Source: Aquirhabdus sp. (GTDB lineage Bacteria > Pseudomonadota > Gammaproteobacteria > Pseudomonadales > Moraxellaceae). From it: a stretch of DNA of 64,000 nt. The stretch spans positions 7,330 to 71,329 of the forward strand of contig JASLHI010000018.1 in NCBI GenBank assembly GCA_030149815.1. Reading direction: 5' to 3'. Positions 40,413 to 50,913 of this stretch are shown in pieces; position 1 is the first letter of the stretch; the number at the start of each line of letters is the position of its first letter. The position numbers and the translations under genes are program-made. The notes beneath the pieces are model-generated. The model did not search any database. It was not told the DNA's origin and saw only the letters and a list, made by a program, of their open reading frames with translations.

Positions 40413-41546
40413 TTAGCGGTGTGTCAGTGTGCCTAGTACTCGTAAACCTTGCGCTCCAGTAACGGCTGGTAGATTCCCTGAAAAATGATGGATACGCTGG
40501 TGTGTGAGCCAAGCAAATGCAGTGGCTTCAACCCATGTCGGTGCTAGTCCCATGTCTAACGTACTTTTTAGTGTCCAATCTGGTAATCCGCGTGCAAGAG
40601 TTTGCCATAGTGTGCAGTTATATGCACCACCACCACAGAGCCATAATTCACCTGCTTTGAGGCCCGTTTGAGTGATCGCATTAATGACCGTCTGTGCGGT
40701 AAGTTGTAGTAGTGTCGCTTGAACATCTTGAGGTGAAATTTGAGCGTCGATGTCTTTTTCTTGTTGCGCAGTTTCAATTTGTTGCAGCAACCAAGTCAGA
40801 TTAAAATCTTCACGCCCTGTACTCTTCGGGAATGGTCGAGCGAAATATTCATGTGATAGCAACTGATTCAATAAGATTTGATTCAAGGTTCCTGTTGCAG
40901 CCCATGTACCATCTTGATCGAAAGTTTGACCTGTGTGCTGAAAGCACCATGCATCCATGAGAATATTGGCTGGTCCTGTATCAAAGCCAAAGACCTTATC
41001 TGGTTGTCTTGCAGAGAGTACGCTGATGTTTGCAATGCCGCCGAGATTGAGAATAATCCGATTAATATGTTCATCTTGAAAGATAGCTTGATGAAAAGCA
41101 GGCACGAGCGGTGCACCTTGTCCACCAGCCGCCATATCGCGGCGGCGAAAATCTGAAACAACAGGTAAGCCTGTGATTTCTGCAATGAGGTTTGGATCGC
41201 CGATTTGTAAGGTGAAACCTGCTTCGGGACGATGACGGATGGTTTGTCCATGACTTCCGATTGCTCGAATCTCATCTTTACTGAGTTGATGATCTGCAAT
41301 GAGCTTGTTGGCGGACTCACCAATCAGCTTGGCTAATGCAACATCTGCAACACCCATCCGCTCGATTTCATTGTCCGCAGGCAATGTCAGCGCAATTAAT
41401 GCTTGGCGTAGTTCAGGCGGAAATGGAACGGTGAGTGTGGCATGAAGGCGGAAAGGGTCAAATGAAACAGCAACAAGGTCGACGCCATCCAAACTGGTTC
41501 CTGACATGACGCCAATAAAAATGTCCTGTTTCATTTGTTGTTCCAT
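40413..41546 (-). CDS. anmK: Anhydro-N-acetylmuramic acid kinase (start 41546 or 41534)
   Basis: IGVMSGTSLDGVD, GSHGQTIRH, GGQGAPLVP, NLGGIAN, DTGPAN, PKSTGRE. Confidence 0.96.
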   Translation of the reverse strand: MEQQMKQDIFIGVMSGTSLDGVDLVAVSFDPFRLHATLTVPFPPELRQALIALTLPADNEIERMGVADVALAKLIGESANKLIADHQLSKDEIRAIGSHGQTIRHRPEAGFTLQIGDPNLIAEITGLPVVSDFRRRDMAAGGQGAPLVPAFHQAIFQDEHINRIILNLGGIANISVLSARQPDKVFGFDTGPANILMDAWCFQHTGQTFDQDGTWAATGTLNQILLNQLLSHEYFARPFPKSTGREDFNLTWLLQQIETAQQEKDIDAQISPQDVQATLLQLTAQTVINAITQTGLKAGELWLCGGGAYNCTLWQTLARGLPDWTLKSTLDMGLAPTWVEATAFAWLTHQRIHHFSGNLPAVTGAQGLRVLGTLTHR

Positions 41547-41680
41547 CTTTTGTCTGTTGATTGTTACGAGGTGAAAAAGCTGATCAATAGAGTAACCCAA
41601 ACACGTATTTATCACTAACTCATCAATGTTAAAAAAGGCTAAAATATGGCGCATTATTCCTGCACTTATATTTTTTGGCT

Positions 41681-42892
41681 ATGACGACTTTTCTTCCTGC
41701 TGAACAACAACTCGCGCTGATTGAGCGTGGTACGAGCGACATTATCCAACGCGACGAACTCCTCAAAAAACTTCAAGAAAATCGTCCTTTGCGCGTCAAA
41801 GCAGGATTTGATCCGACTGCGCCTGATTTGCATTTAGGTCATACGGTGTTGATCAATAAGCTCCGCATGTTCCAAGAACTGGGACACGAAGTGTACTTTT
41901 TGATTGGCGATTTCACTGCGATGATTGGTGATCCAACGGGTAAAAGTGCAACACGCCCGCCACTCACACGCGAGCAAGTCATTGAAAATGCAAAAAGTTA
42001 TCAAGAGCAAGTATTCAAAATCCTTGATCCTGCTAAAACTAAAATTGTGTTCAATTCATCATGGTTTGAAAAGAAAAGCGCGGCGGATATGATCGCATTG
42101 GCATCGCAATACACTGTGACGCGGATGATGGAACGTGATGATTTCAGTAAGCGTTTTAAAGCACAACAGTCGATTGCGATTCATGAATTCTTGTATCCAT
42201 TGGTGCAAGGCTATGATTCGGTTGAGTTACAAGCAGATGTCGAGTTAGGTGGAACCGATCAGACATTTAACTTGCTGATGGGTCGTACGCTGCAAGCGCG
42301 TTACGGACAAAGTTCGCAAATTTGCATTACTTTGCCGATTCTTGAAGGCTTAGATGGCGTGCAGAAGATGTCCAAATCTCTGCAAAACTACATCGGCGTC
42401 CATGATTCAGCGGGCAGTATGTATCAGAAAATCTTATCAATGCCTGATAGTTTGATTCCGCGTTATTTTGAATTGCTCAGCTTCCGTCCGATGGAAGAGG
42501 TTAATGGTTTTCTTGCGGAAATGGCAAATGGTCTGAATCCGCAAGAATTGAAAAAACGTATTGCGCTGGAATTGATTGAGCGTTTCCACGATGCCGATGC
42601 TGCCGCGAATGCGCATAAGAGTGCAGGTAATCGTATTGTCGATGGTGAAATTCCTGATGATATTCCTGAGGTGACGTTGGCATTGGAAGGCCAAGCGGCG
42701 TTATTTATTACCAGCGTGCTCAGTCGTGCCAATCTGACCAAGAACGCAGCACAAGCTAAAGATGCCTTGGCGCGTGGTTCAGTGAAAGTGGATGGCGTTG
42801 TCGTCGATGCGTCGTTTAGTTTGGTAGCGGATGCGAACGTCGTGATCCAAGCAGGCAAGAAAGCGATTGCGCGCGTGATTGTTAGCAACTAA
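41681..42892 (+). CDS. tyrS: Tyrosine--tRNA ligase
   Basis: [27 protein letters not shown]-terminal S4-like domain. Confidence 0.97.
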   Translation: MTTFLPAEQQLALIERGTSDIIQRDELLKKLQENRPLRVKAGFDPTAPDLHLGHTVLINKLRMFQELGHEVYFLIGDFTAMIGDPTGKSATRPPLTREQVIENAKSYQEQVFKILDPAKTKIVFNSSWFEKKSAADMIALASQYTVTRMMERDDFSKRFKAQQSIAIHEFLYPLVQGYDSVELQADVELGGTDQTFNLLMGRTLQARYGQSSQICITLPILEGLDGVQKMSKSLQNYIGVHDSAGSMYQKILSMPDSLIPRYFELLSFRPMEEVNGFLAEMANGLNPQELKKRIALELIERFHDADAAANAHKSAGNRIVDGEIPDDIPEVTLALEGQAALFITSVLSRANLTKNAAQAKDALARGSVKVDGVVVDASFSLVADANVVIQAGKKAIARVIVSN

Positions 42893-42909
42893 CTTTTTTT
42901 TGAATGAGT

Positions 42910-42940
42910 AAGCGGATCAAAGTATCCGCTTTTTGTTTTT
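42910..42940 (+). terminator. Terminator after tyrS
   Basis: AAGCGGAT...ATCCGCTTTTTGTTTTT. Confidence 0.75.
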
Positions 42941-43002
42941 CACCATTCCTTTTGAGCGATCTGAATCTCTGCATTGCTATAATCAAAACCTGACCTATTC
43001 CG

Positions 43003-44256
43003 ATGATGAACGCCATGACTGTTGCTGAACGTGCATTAAACTCAACCACCAATCCGACTTCACAATTTCTTAAACAGTTGGCAGACAGTTTGGGTGGAGA
43101 TAGTTCTGCTGAATCCAGTTTTGTAAAACTCAGTCTGGGTAAATATCGCGGCGCAGAAGTGGCTCTGAATAAAATTTCTGTTCGCGTGTTGGAAGTCAAA
43201 GGTCAGCCGCATTTATCGTTTGTGTTTCATTATCAAACCAAAGATGTGACCAAGAATTTTTCGTTTGATGACGGTATTGCTAAGATCAAAATGTATTTGG
43301 ATCAGAGTCAAGTCGAGAGTTTTAAGAGCGCACATTTACGTTTGCAAACTGAAGAAATTCAACTTTCATTTAATAAAAAAAATCAGCCTTCGATTCTTGT
43401 GCAAAAGACCACTGAAACTGTGGCTGCGACCAAAGCACATGACCGTGAGAAATTTCGCTATATCGATATCAATCGCCCATTCCTTAAGGGTTTGGGCGTG
43501 ACCGATGCTAATGATCAGCTCATTCCTGCGATGTCGCGTAAATGGAAACAAATCAATAAGTTCATTGAAGTGTTCCAACATGCTTTTGAATCATTGAAAT
43601 TGCCTCAATCACATCCTGTACATGTGGTTGATTTTGGCGCGGGCAAGGGTTATCTGACTTTTGCTATTCATGATTTCTTACGTGAGAATCTGGGATTTAC
43701 CGCGAATGTCACAGGCGTTGAACTGCGTGCGGATTTGGTGAAGCTGTGCGGCAATGTCATTGATCAGTTATCGCTAGATGGCTTGGTGTTTTATCAAGGT
43801 GATGTGCGTAGTTATCATCCTGAGGCAGTCGATGTGATGATTGCTTTGCATGCCTGTGATGTGGCAACGGATTATGCGCTCCATACAGGCATTCGCTTGG
43901 GTGCGTCGATCATCATGTGCGCGCCGTGCTGCCATAAGCAGGTGCGACCACAGATTCAAAGTCCACAAGTGCTGCGTCCGATGTTGCAACATGGTGTGCA
44001 TTTAGGACAAGAAGCTGAGATGTTGACTGATGGTTTACGCGCTCTGTTATTGGAAGCCTGTGGTTATGAAACTAAGGTTTTTGAATTTGTGTCGCTCGAA
44101 CACACGAGCAAAAACAAAATGATCTTAGCTGTGAAGAGAGATAGTTTTTCCAAGAAAACTGAAATCTTGAAGCAGATTGAATCAATTAAAGCGTTTTATG
44201 GGATTCAGGAACAATGCTTAGAGACGCTGTTGCGTGACGATGGTTTATTGGCGTAA
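43003..44256 (+). CDS. Class I SAM-dependent methyltransferase (Methyltransf_32-like)
   Basis: VVDFGAGKGYLTF, IALHACDVATD, PCCHKQ. Confidence 0.85.
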   Translation: MMNAMTVAERALNSTTNPTSQFLKQLADSLGGDSSAESSFVKLSLGKYRGAEVALNKISVRVLEVKGQPHLSFVFHYQTKDVTKNFSFDDGIAKIKMYLDQSQVESFKSAHLRLQTEEIQLSFNKKNQPSILVQKTTETVAATKAHDREKFRYIDINRPFLKGLGVTDANDQLIPAMSRKWKQINKFIEVFQHAFESLKLPQSHPVHVVDFGAGKGYLTFAIHDFLRENLGFTANVTGVELRADLVKLCGNVIDQLSLDGLVFYQGDVRSYHPEAVDVMIALHACDVATDYALHTGIRLGASIIMCAPCCHKQVRPQIQSPQVLRPMLQHGVHLGQEAEMLTDGLRALLLEACGYETKVFEFVSLEHTSKNKMILAVKRDSFSKKTEILKQIESIKAFYGIQEQCLETLLRDDGLLA

Positions 44257-44265
44257 TGTCACATC

Positions 44266-46068
44266 ATGAATGAACTCTACGCTGAACATATCCGCGCTAT
44301 CCTTGCAACGCTCCCCAATTTGCCGGGCGTCTATAAAATGCTGGGTGTGGACGGCGAGTTACTCTATGTGGGCAAAGCCAAAAATCTAAAAAATCGAGTT
44401 ACGACATATTTTGCCAAAACCGTTGAACATCCTAAAACGCGTGCTTTAGTTGCCCGAATCCGCAATATTGAAACGCTGATTACGCGGAGCGAAACCGAAG
44501 CCTTACTGCTTGAACAAAATCTGATTAAAGAGAATAAACCGCCGTACAACATCATGTTGCGCGATGATAAGTCTTATCTCTATATCTTCATTTCCGCCGA
44601 TCAACCTTTCCCACGACTTGCTGCAGGTCGAGGTAAACGTAATCATCAAGAAGGCAAGTTTTTTGGTCCTTATCCGAGTGCAGCTGCGGCGCGTGAAGTT
44701 TTAGTTGTGCTGGAAAAGATGTTTATGATGCGCTCGTGTGAAAATACTTTCTTTGCCCAGCGTAAACGTCCATGTCTCGAATATCAAATCAAACGCTGTC
44801 GTGCGCCTTGTGTTGGTTTAGTGACGCCTGAAGATTATGCGATTGATGTAGCGAATACCATCGACTTCATGCAAGGAAATACGACCGAGCTGAACCAAAA
44901 ACTGATTCAGCAAATGGAGCATGCTGCAGAAGCACTCGATTTTGAACAAGCAGCGCTCTATCGCGATCAACTCAGTATGTTGCGCGAAGTCCAAGCGCAA
45001 CAAGCGGTTTATACCGCGAAAGGTGAAGCGGATATTCTTGCTATTGCTCAGCAGGCGGGCGTCGTTTGCGTGCAAGTGATGAATGTGCGTGGCGGTCGGG
45101 TACTTGGCGGGAAAAGTTTTTTTCCTGATTTAGAAATGAATGAAGATATTGGGGAGTTATTATCCGAATTCTTGGCATCGTTTTATTTTCAATTTGCTGA
45201 TGAACTTCCTAGTGAGCTGATCGTCAATGTAGAACTTCCTGATAAAGCCGCATTAGAAGAAGCCCTGCAACTCGAATATCAACAAAAAGTGACGATCAAA
45301 ACACGTGTTCGTGAAAATCGCGCTGAATGGCTCGAAATAGCCTCACTCAATGCCGAAGCTGCTTTGAAAGCGACGCTTGCGAATCATATTCAACTCAATG
45401 AGCGTTTTCGTGTCTTGCAAGATGTGCTCGGACAACCTATTGATCGAATTGAATGTTTTGATATTAGTCATACCATGGGTGAGTCACCGATTGCGTCGTG
45501 CGTCGTTTTTGATCAAGGTGGTGCGCGAAAGCGTGATTATCGCCAATATGCGATTACTGATATTACGGGTGGTGACGATTATGCCGCGATGGCACAAGTG
45601 CTAGAGCGACGTTATAAAAAACAGCCAGTTCCTGATCTCATGCTGATTGATGGTGGCAAGGGGCAACTGAATGTTGCCAAAATGGTAATGGAAAAGCTAG
45701 AGCTGAATCCATTGATGATCGGTGTCTCCAAAGGCGAAGGACGTAAGCCAGGGTTGGAGACTTTGCATCGAGTCGACGGCACAAGTTTTCAGCTTGAACC
45801 TGATGACAAAGCCTTGCATTTGATTCAACAAATTCGAGATGAAGCACATCGCTTTGCAATCACTAAACATCGAGCCAAACGGGATAAAAAACGTGGCGGT
45901 TCAGTACTAGAGGCGATTCCTGGCTTAGGACCAAAACGGCGTCGTGATTTGCTGACCCATTTTGGTGGCATTCAAGGGGTGTTGCGAGCTTCAGAAAGTG
46001 ACATTGCCAGCGTTAATGGTCTAGGTGCAGTCATGGCGAGGGTAATTTATAAGGTGTTGCATGAGTAA
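44266..46068 (+). CDS. uvrC: Excinuclease ABC subunit C
   Basis: GIY-YIG domain PGVY...[31 protein letters not shown], HhH GLGPKRR. Confidence 0.98.
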   Translation: MNELYAEHIRAILATLPNLPGVYKMLGVDGELLYVGKAKNLKNRVTTYFAKTVEHPKTRALVARIRNIETLITRSETEALLLEQNLIKENKPPYNIMLRDDKSYLYIFISADQPFPRLAAGRGKRNHQEGKFFGPYPSAAAAREVLVVLEKMFMMRSCENTFFAQRKRPCLEYQIKRCRAPCVGLVTPEDYAIDVANTIDFMQGNTTELNQKLIQQMEHAAEALDFEQAALYRDQLSMLREVQAQQAVYTAKGEADILAIAQQAGVVCVQVMNVRGGRVLGGKSFFPDLEMNEDIGELLSEFLASFYFQFADELPSELIVNVELPDKAALEEALQLEYQQKVTIKTRVRENRAEWLEIASLNAEAALKATLANHIQLNERFRVLQDVLGQPIDRIECFDISHTMGESPIASCVVFDQGGARKRDYRQYAITDITGGDDYAAMAQVLERRYKKQPVPDLMLIDGGKGQLNVAKMVMEKLELNPLMIGVSKGEGRKPGLETLHRVDGTSFQLEPDDKALHLIQQIRDEAHRFAITKHRAKRDKKRGGSVLEAIPGLGPKRRRDLLTHFGGIQGVLRASESDIASVNGLGAVMARVIYKVLHE

Positions 46069-46180
46069 GTATTTATTTGTTTTGGTTGATGTATAACGGT
46101 TATTCGTTCCGCCTCTATTTCAAGGAGTTACATCAATTAGGAGTTTAGGCTGTTTAGTCCATCCTATTCATAGTGTGTAA

Positions 46181-46215
46181 AACTGAGCGACTAATTTAAT
46201 CGTTAAATTAGCCGC
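46181..46215 (-). terminator. Hairpin after wzz
   Basis: GCGACTAATTTAA-tcg-TTAAATTAGCCGC between convergent uvrC and wzz. Confidence 0.55.
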
Positions 46216-46229
46216 ACATGCTTAAGTCT

Positions 46230-47114
46230 TTATTTTTTTGATCTCATGAGTGCTAAACCAATACCGATGAAAGCTCCAAATATCGCACCAAGAATAAGGA
46301 ATGAGCTTTTCTTTGGAAAAACGGGGTCTTTTGTGACGTAAGTTCTATTAATCATTTTCGTCGAATATTCGCTTAATGCTTTGAGCAGAGATTGTTGTTG
46401 TTGAGCTTTTAGTTCAAGGAAGTTTACTTCTGCTTGGCGTTGACCTAATAAATCAATCGCAACAATACTTGGTGCAAAAGATGATTGGGCTTGCGGTGAG
46501 TTCATTGACGTATTAATTTTTTGGAGTGAAGCATTTGCAATGCTGAGCTTTTGATTTGTATCGGCAAGCGCATCAATGGCTCTCACTTTTATGGGAGCCA
46601 TAATTAAGGCATGTTCTTTTTCAACTTCTTGTACTACATCATTGAGTGCATTACGAGCATCATCTTTGCTATAGCCACGAACTGACAGATTAATGAAATC
46701 CGTACCTTTAAGTGGGCTGCCTTTAAGTGTGTTAATCACAATATCGCTGCGCTTATTGAGGTCTTCTGCGACTGGTAGGCCCATTGCAGTTAATACCTGC
46801 TCTCGAAACTCTCTAAGTTTTATTCTTTCGAGAGTTTGATCGGGATCTTCAATTAACTTTGAAGTGTCAATTTGATTCGTTCCAGCATTAATTATTGGCG
46901 TACGGCCAATTTGTAAGGTGACGCTTGCTTCCCATTTCTTGGGAATTATGAGTGCAAGGATAAATGCAACCAGCATTGTTAGCACAATACTTAGGGCAAT
47001 GATATGCCAGAATTTGATAATAATTTGCTTGAGCTGGGTTAGATCTAAGAAAACCTCACTTTCAGCATCATCCGCTTGCTGGTGATGTTGGTTGTTCATA
47101 CTCGGGTTTAGCAT
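46230..47114 (-). CDS. wzz: Wzz/FepE polysaccharide chain-length determinant
   Basis: N-terminal LDLTQL..IIIK + TM + PKKWEAS; periplasmic coiled coil; C-terminal P..PKK + GAIFGAFIGIG TM; no kinase domain. Confidence 0.82.
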   Translation of the reverse strand: MLNPSMNNQHHQQADDAESEVFLDLTQLKQIIIKFWHIIALSIVLTMLVAFILALIIPKKWEASVTLQIGRTPIINAGTNQIDTSKLIEDPDQTLERIKLREFREQVLTAMGLPVAEDLNKRSDIVINTLKGSPLKGTDFINLSVRGYSKDDARNALNDVVQEVEKEHALIMAPIKVRAIDALADTNQKLSIANASLQKINTSMNSPQAQSSFAPSIVAIDLLGQRQAEVNFLELKAQQQQSLLKALSEYSTKMINRTYVTKDPVFPKKSSFLILGAIFGAFIGIGLALMRSKK

Positions 47115-47256
47115 GGATACTTCTCGTTTAGTGTATAAGATGAGTTAAGCCCATCCTACTTGGAGTCATGTGAAACTATTGTTTCTGGATCAGAATGGCT
47201 TTTGGTCGCAAGATATATCGAAGCTAAACTTATATTAGCTAGGGGATCTTTAAATA

Positions 47257-47985
47257 TTATGTTGCGTCTTTTGTAATAGAAGGATTCTCATGCATTAAAA
47301 TCTCAGAGTTCTCGTGCATCAAAATTTCAGATGAAGCATTATTTTGAACAGGTGTCGATGGGCATTTTATAGCAGGTAAATGCTTGCGAAGAATGATCTT
47401 CAATCCTGTCCAAATCAAAATTTTCATATCAAATAATAATGAGTTCTGAACTAAATGAAGAACACGAAGCCTATTTTTTTCAGGCAGAATGATTTCGAAA
47501 TAAGTTTTCAGGGGGTCGTTGGATTCTGCGAGAAGACGTTCTTCATGAATATAAAGTAATGATGCGAGATCAGTGATGCCAGGGCGTGCAGAAAAAATTA
47601 TTTTTCTCGTTTCAATATCATAATGAGGCAAATGGCTAGTAACCTCTGGACGAGGGCCGACAAGACTCATATCGCCTTTGAGTATGTTGAGTAGCTGAGG
47701 AATTTCATCTAGTTTTGTTTTGCGGAGGATTCTTCCTAGCGGAGTAATTCGATCATCCCCACATATTGTAATATTGAGTCCTGTTTCATCTTGACGCATA
47801 GACCTGAATTTTATGATATAGAATGGTTGTTCATGTCGCCCTGTTCGAGCTTGGCGAAAGAAAACTGGTCCACGGCTTTCTAACTTAATAAGAATAGCGA
47901 TGATTACTGCAAAAGGAAAAAATACAGTACCAAGAAGAATTGCAAAGAAAAAATCAAATACACGCTTTAGAACAGTGTAATACAT
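47257..47985 (-). CDS. Initiating phosphoglycosyltransferase (bacterial sugar transferase family)
   Basis: KRVFD, GPVFFRQ.R.G, KFRSM, LDEIPQLLNILKGDMSLVGPRP, RPGIT. Confidence 0.93.
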   Translation of the reverse strand: MYYTVLKRVFDFFFAILLGTVFFPFAVIIAILIKLESRGPVFFRQARTGRHEQPFYIIKFRSMRQDETGLNITICGDDRITPLGRILRKTKLDEIPQLLNILKGDMSLVGPRPEVTSHLPHYDIETRKIIFSARPGITDLASLLYIHEERLLAESNDPLKTYFEIILPEKNRLRVLHLVQNSLLFDMKILIWTGLKIILRKHLPAIKCPSTPVQNNASSEILMHENSEILMHENPSITKDAT

Positions 47986-48204
47986 AATCGCCCTTCTCTG
48001 AGTCTACTAGTTTCTAGATAGTACTACAGACCAATTTATAGTTAAGCAAATTAAAGCTAATAACCATCCTAACACATAACCTTCTGTTGAGTCTTGAGCG
48101 TAAATGTATTTATGGTATTAATAGAGTAGTTGAAGGTCGCTGTTTATATTTTGTCATAGAGGAAAGTTTGGATACTATAATCAAGATTTTTATCAAGCAA
48201 CAAG

Positions 48205-49206
48205 TCAGGAAAAAATCTGCGCTAACCAATGACGCAAACTATATTTGGCATAAATTTCTGAATCAAGTGGGTCGTACTTAGAGCTCAAGAAATTTTCTGA
48301 CAGAATGGGTTGATTCCGATCAATAACACAAATATTTTCGGGGTTATAGAAATCATATTTATAAACCTCTTCATTCGTCGTAATGAGTTTCTTGTCTGCA
48401 CCTAAGCTTTCAATAGTGCGCATCGTGAGTCCATTTTGTCCTGGGTGATGCACATCTACAATGATATTGCTTCGATTAACGAGGTCTAAGGTTTGAATAG
48501 GGTTGAGCGAATCCCAACATACTGTCTGCCATGGGATATTTTTAAATTGAGGATCAAACATCTTTCGTAAGAAAAATACCCACTTACTTTGATAAAAAAA
48601 GTGGTCATAAACTCTGATTTGAGGACGAACCTGTTGTGCGGCTTTCCAAATTCTTTGAACAACTGGATAGCGATCAGAATGGATTGAGCCTAAAAAAAGT
48701 AAATCAATTTCTTTATTTTGATTTTTGGACAAGTGGATATTTTCATATGTCCTTGTATAGAACAAAGCCAGATGTTTGACCATTGGATGATTGATACAGT
48801 CATTACGGTCGAAACTATAGACTTTATCAAATAGTGCCAATTTAGCGTGACTATTCTTAAAATTCTTGAGGGAGTCCCAAGAGTAATACAAAAAAATCGC
48901 TTGTGGTTGAACGTCTTTTAATTTCTGGATACGTGCTGTAGATAAAGCTTCGCCTTTAATTACAAAGACAGCATCATAGTGTGTAGATTGCGTTTCTACT
49001 ATGATTCGGTCAAAGTATTGGTCACTGTATGCGGCAATCAGTTCTGGTTTGAATCTAATGAGTGCTTTGACCAGTGCTGTAGATGCTGGGCGATCATCAA
49101 ACCAATCTACCTTACATCCAGCAACTTCCAGCTCTTTTTTAATTTCTTGCTCATAACCAAAAAAACTAGGAGCAATGTATAAGATCTTCATTCCGGCTTT
49201 AATCAT
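48205..49206 (-). CDS. Putative glycosyltransferase (CgeB/Eps11J-like)
   Basis: Within the polysaccharide locus; GT-B-like C-terminus DLLFLGS...DVHHPGQNGLTMRTIESLG..KKLITTN. Confidence 0.55.
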   Translation of the reverse strand: MIKAGMKILYIAPSFFGYEQEIKKELEVAGCKVDWFDDRPASTALVKALIRFKPELIAAYSDQYFDRIIVETQSTHYDAVFVIKGEALSTARIQKLKDVQPQAIFLYYSWDSLKNFKNSHAKLALFDKVYSFDRNDCINHPMVKHLALFYTRTYENIHLSKNQNKEIDLLFLGSIHSDRYPVVQRIWKAAQQVRPQIRVYDHFFYQSKWVFFLRKMFDPQFKNIPWQTVCWDSLNPIQTLDLVNRSNIIVDVHHPGQNGLTMRTIESLGADKKLITTNEEVYKYDFYNPENICVIDRNQPILSENFLSSKYDPLDSEIYAKYSLRHWLAQIFS

Positions 49207-49754
49207 GATGCGTTGCTTTTCTTCATAATCTGGGCAGGTATGCCTATCGCAGTGGCTCCTTCAGGAACATTGTCCAACACTACAGCATTGGCTCCTATAC
49301 GTGAATTATTGCCCAAGAACACATCGCCGAGAACTTTCGCACCTGCACCGATTAAGACATTGTCGCCGACAGTTGGTCGAGAGGATTCGGTGTAGCTTAA
49401 ATCAATTTCTCGTGCGCCGAATGTTACGCCATGATAAATAGTGACATTCTTTCCGATTTTATTGGCGCCAATTACAGTGCCTTGGGTATGAGGAAAATAC
49501 AGACCGCCGCCTATTTCACATTTCACAGCAATTTCTAGGCCAAAGAAAATAAAATTCACTAATGAAAGTACTTTGGCTAAGGGAGAGAGTCTGTGTAGAT
49601 AAAACCAATGTGAAAGACGGAAAATAACCACGGGCATAAATCTAGGTGATAATGATGCAACCAGAAGCTTTAGAATACTGGGTTGTTTATCTGGCATTCC
49701 AGCAACAATGTACTGACGCGATAAGTCTGCGTATAAAACTTCTTTTAGGCTCAT
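49203..49754 (-). CDS. CysE/WcaB-like O-acetyltransferase (hexapeptide repeat)
   Basis: IGGGLYFPH, IGKNVTIYHGVTFG, IGAGAKVLG, IGANAVV, GIPA. Confidence 0.85.
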   Translation of the reverse strand: MSLKEVLYADLSRQYIVAGMPDKQPSILKLLVASLSPRFMPVVIFRLSHWFYLHRLSPLAKVLSLVNFIFFGLEIAVKCEIGGGLYFPHTQGTVIGANKIGKNVTIYHGVTFGAREIDLSYTESSRPTVGDNVLIGAGAKVLGDVFLGNNSRIGANAVVLDNVPEGATAIGIPAQIMKKSNAS

Positions 49755-50881
49755 GACATCATCTTTCTTTTTTGAAGTTCAGCATTCGCACGATCAAGAC
49801 CATCTTCAGGTAACGGCTGGGATAATACCCATGCTGCAAACTCCTCAATTCCTTGTTTTAATGACACCTTAGGCTCGAAATTTAATTGCTTTTTAATCAG
49901 AGTTAAGTCAGCGAAACAATGGCGAATATCCCCAAGACGGTATTGTCCTGTGACATGCGGTCTGATTTTACCATCGAAGGCATCAACTAAAGTATTTGCA
50001 ATTTCAAGAACAGATGTTGGTTCTCCTGAGCCAACGTTAAACGTATGCCCATTTGCTGAATCCTTTCCCATGGCCAAAGTAATGGCCTGTACAATGTCGC
50101 TGACATGAACAAAATCACGGCTTTCAGCACCATCCTCAAATATGGGCAGCGACATACGCCGCCGAATACGAGTTGAAAAGATCGATAAAATTCCAGTGTA
50201 TGGGTTGTTTAACGATTGACCCGCGCCGTATACATTCTGAAAACGCAATATAGCTGTGCCAATTCCTAAAGAAGCTCCCGCGATACGGATCAAGTCTTCT
50301 TGTGCATACTTAGTTGCGGCGTAAATTGAAGCTGGGCTTGGGCGCGCTGATTCAGGAGTTGCAATTGGTCGAATAGCACTTTGACATATAGGACAAACGG
50401 GATCCCATTGTTGTTTTGCTAATTGATCCGCACTTCGTGCAGTGGGGTAAACGTGTCCATGATTGTTACATTGATATGCACCCTCCCCATAAATAGAGCG
50501 TGATGATGCGAGAACAATTTTTTTAACTGCATGTGGATGATTGGCTAAATAATCTAGCATTTGGGCAGTTGCTTGGGAGTTCACATTATTATAGTGAGCA
50601 ATCTGGTACATAGACTGTGCAGTGCCAGTCTCTGCTGCAAGATGAACGACTGTACTTACATCCTCTAGGACTTTGCCCCAATCTTCAATAGATGTGACAC
50701 TATTACGAACAAATTCAATAGCATTATTATCAAGCCACTCCAAATTCTTAGGAAGTGCACCATGAATTTGAGAGGACAGTGAATCTAGGACTCGAACTCT
50801 CATTCCTGTTGATAGCAATTTCGTAATAAGGTGAGAGCCAATAAAACCCGCACCACCAGTAATAAGTACTAAATCAGACAT
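49751..50881 (-). CDS. NAD-dependent epimerase, WbiB-like (putative dTDP-L-rhamnose 4-epimerase)
   Basis: GGAGFIG, HLAAETGTAQS, SSRSIYGEG, YAATK, QNVYGAGQSL.NPYTGI; the specific activity is inferred. Confidence 0.7.
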   Translation of the reverse strand: MSDLVLITGGAGFIGSHLITKLLSTGMRVRVLDSLSSQIHGALPKNLEWLDNNAIEFVRNSVTSIEDWGKVLEDVSTVVHLAAETGTAQSMYQIAHYNNVNSQATAQMLDYLANHPHAVKKIVLASSRSIYGEGAYQCNNHGHVYPTARSADQLAKQQWDPVCPICQSAIRPIATPESARPSPASIYAATKYAQEDLIRIAGASLGIGTAILRFQNVYGAGQSLNNPYTGILSIFSTRIRRRMSLPIFEDGAESRDFVHVSDIVQAITLAMGKDSANGHTFNVGSGEPTSVLEIANTLVDAFDGKIRPHVTGQYRLGDIRHCFADLTLIKKQLNFEPKVSLKQGIEEFAAWVLSQPLPEDGLDRANAELQKRKMMS

Positions 50882-50913
50882 GCTTTCCTCTATAAATCAA
50901 CAAAATATGCTGA

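Noticed and set aside
41547..41654. ORF-track N-terminal extension of anmK
   Set aside because: Runs through the divergent anmK/tyrS promoter region; recognisable AnmK sequence begins at MKQDIFIG
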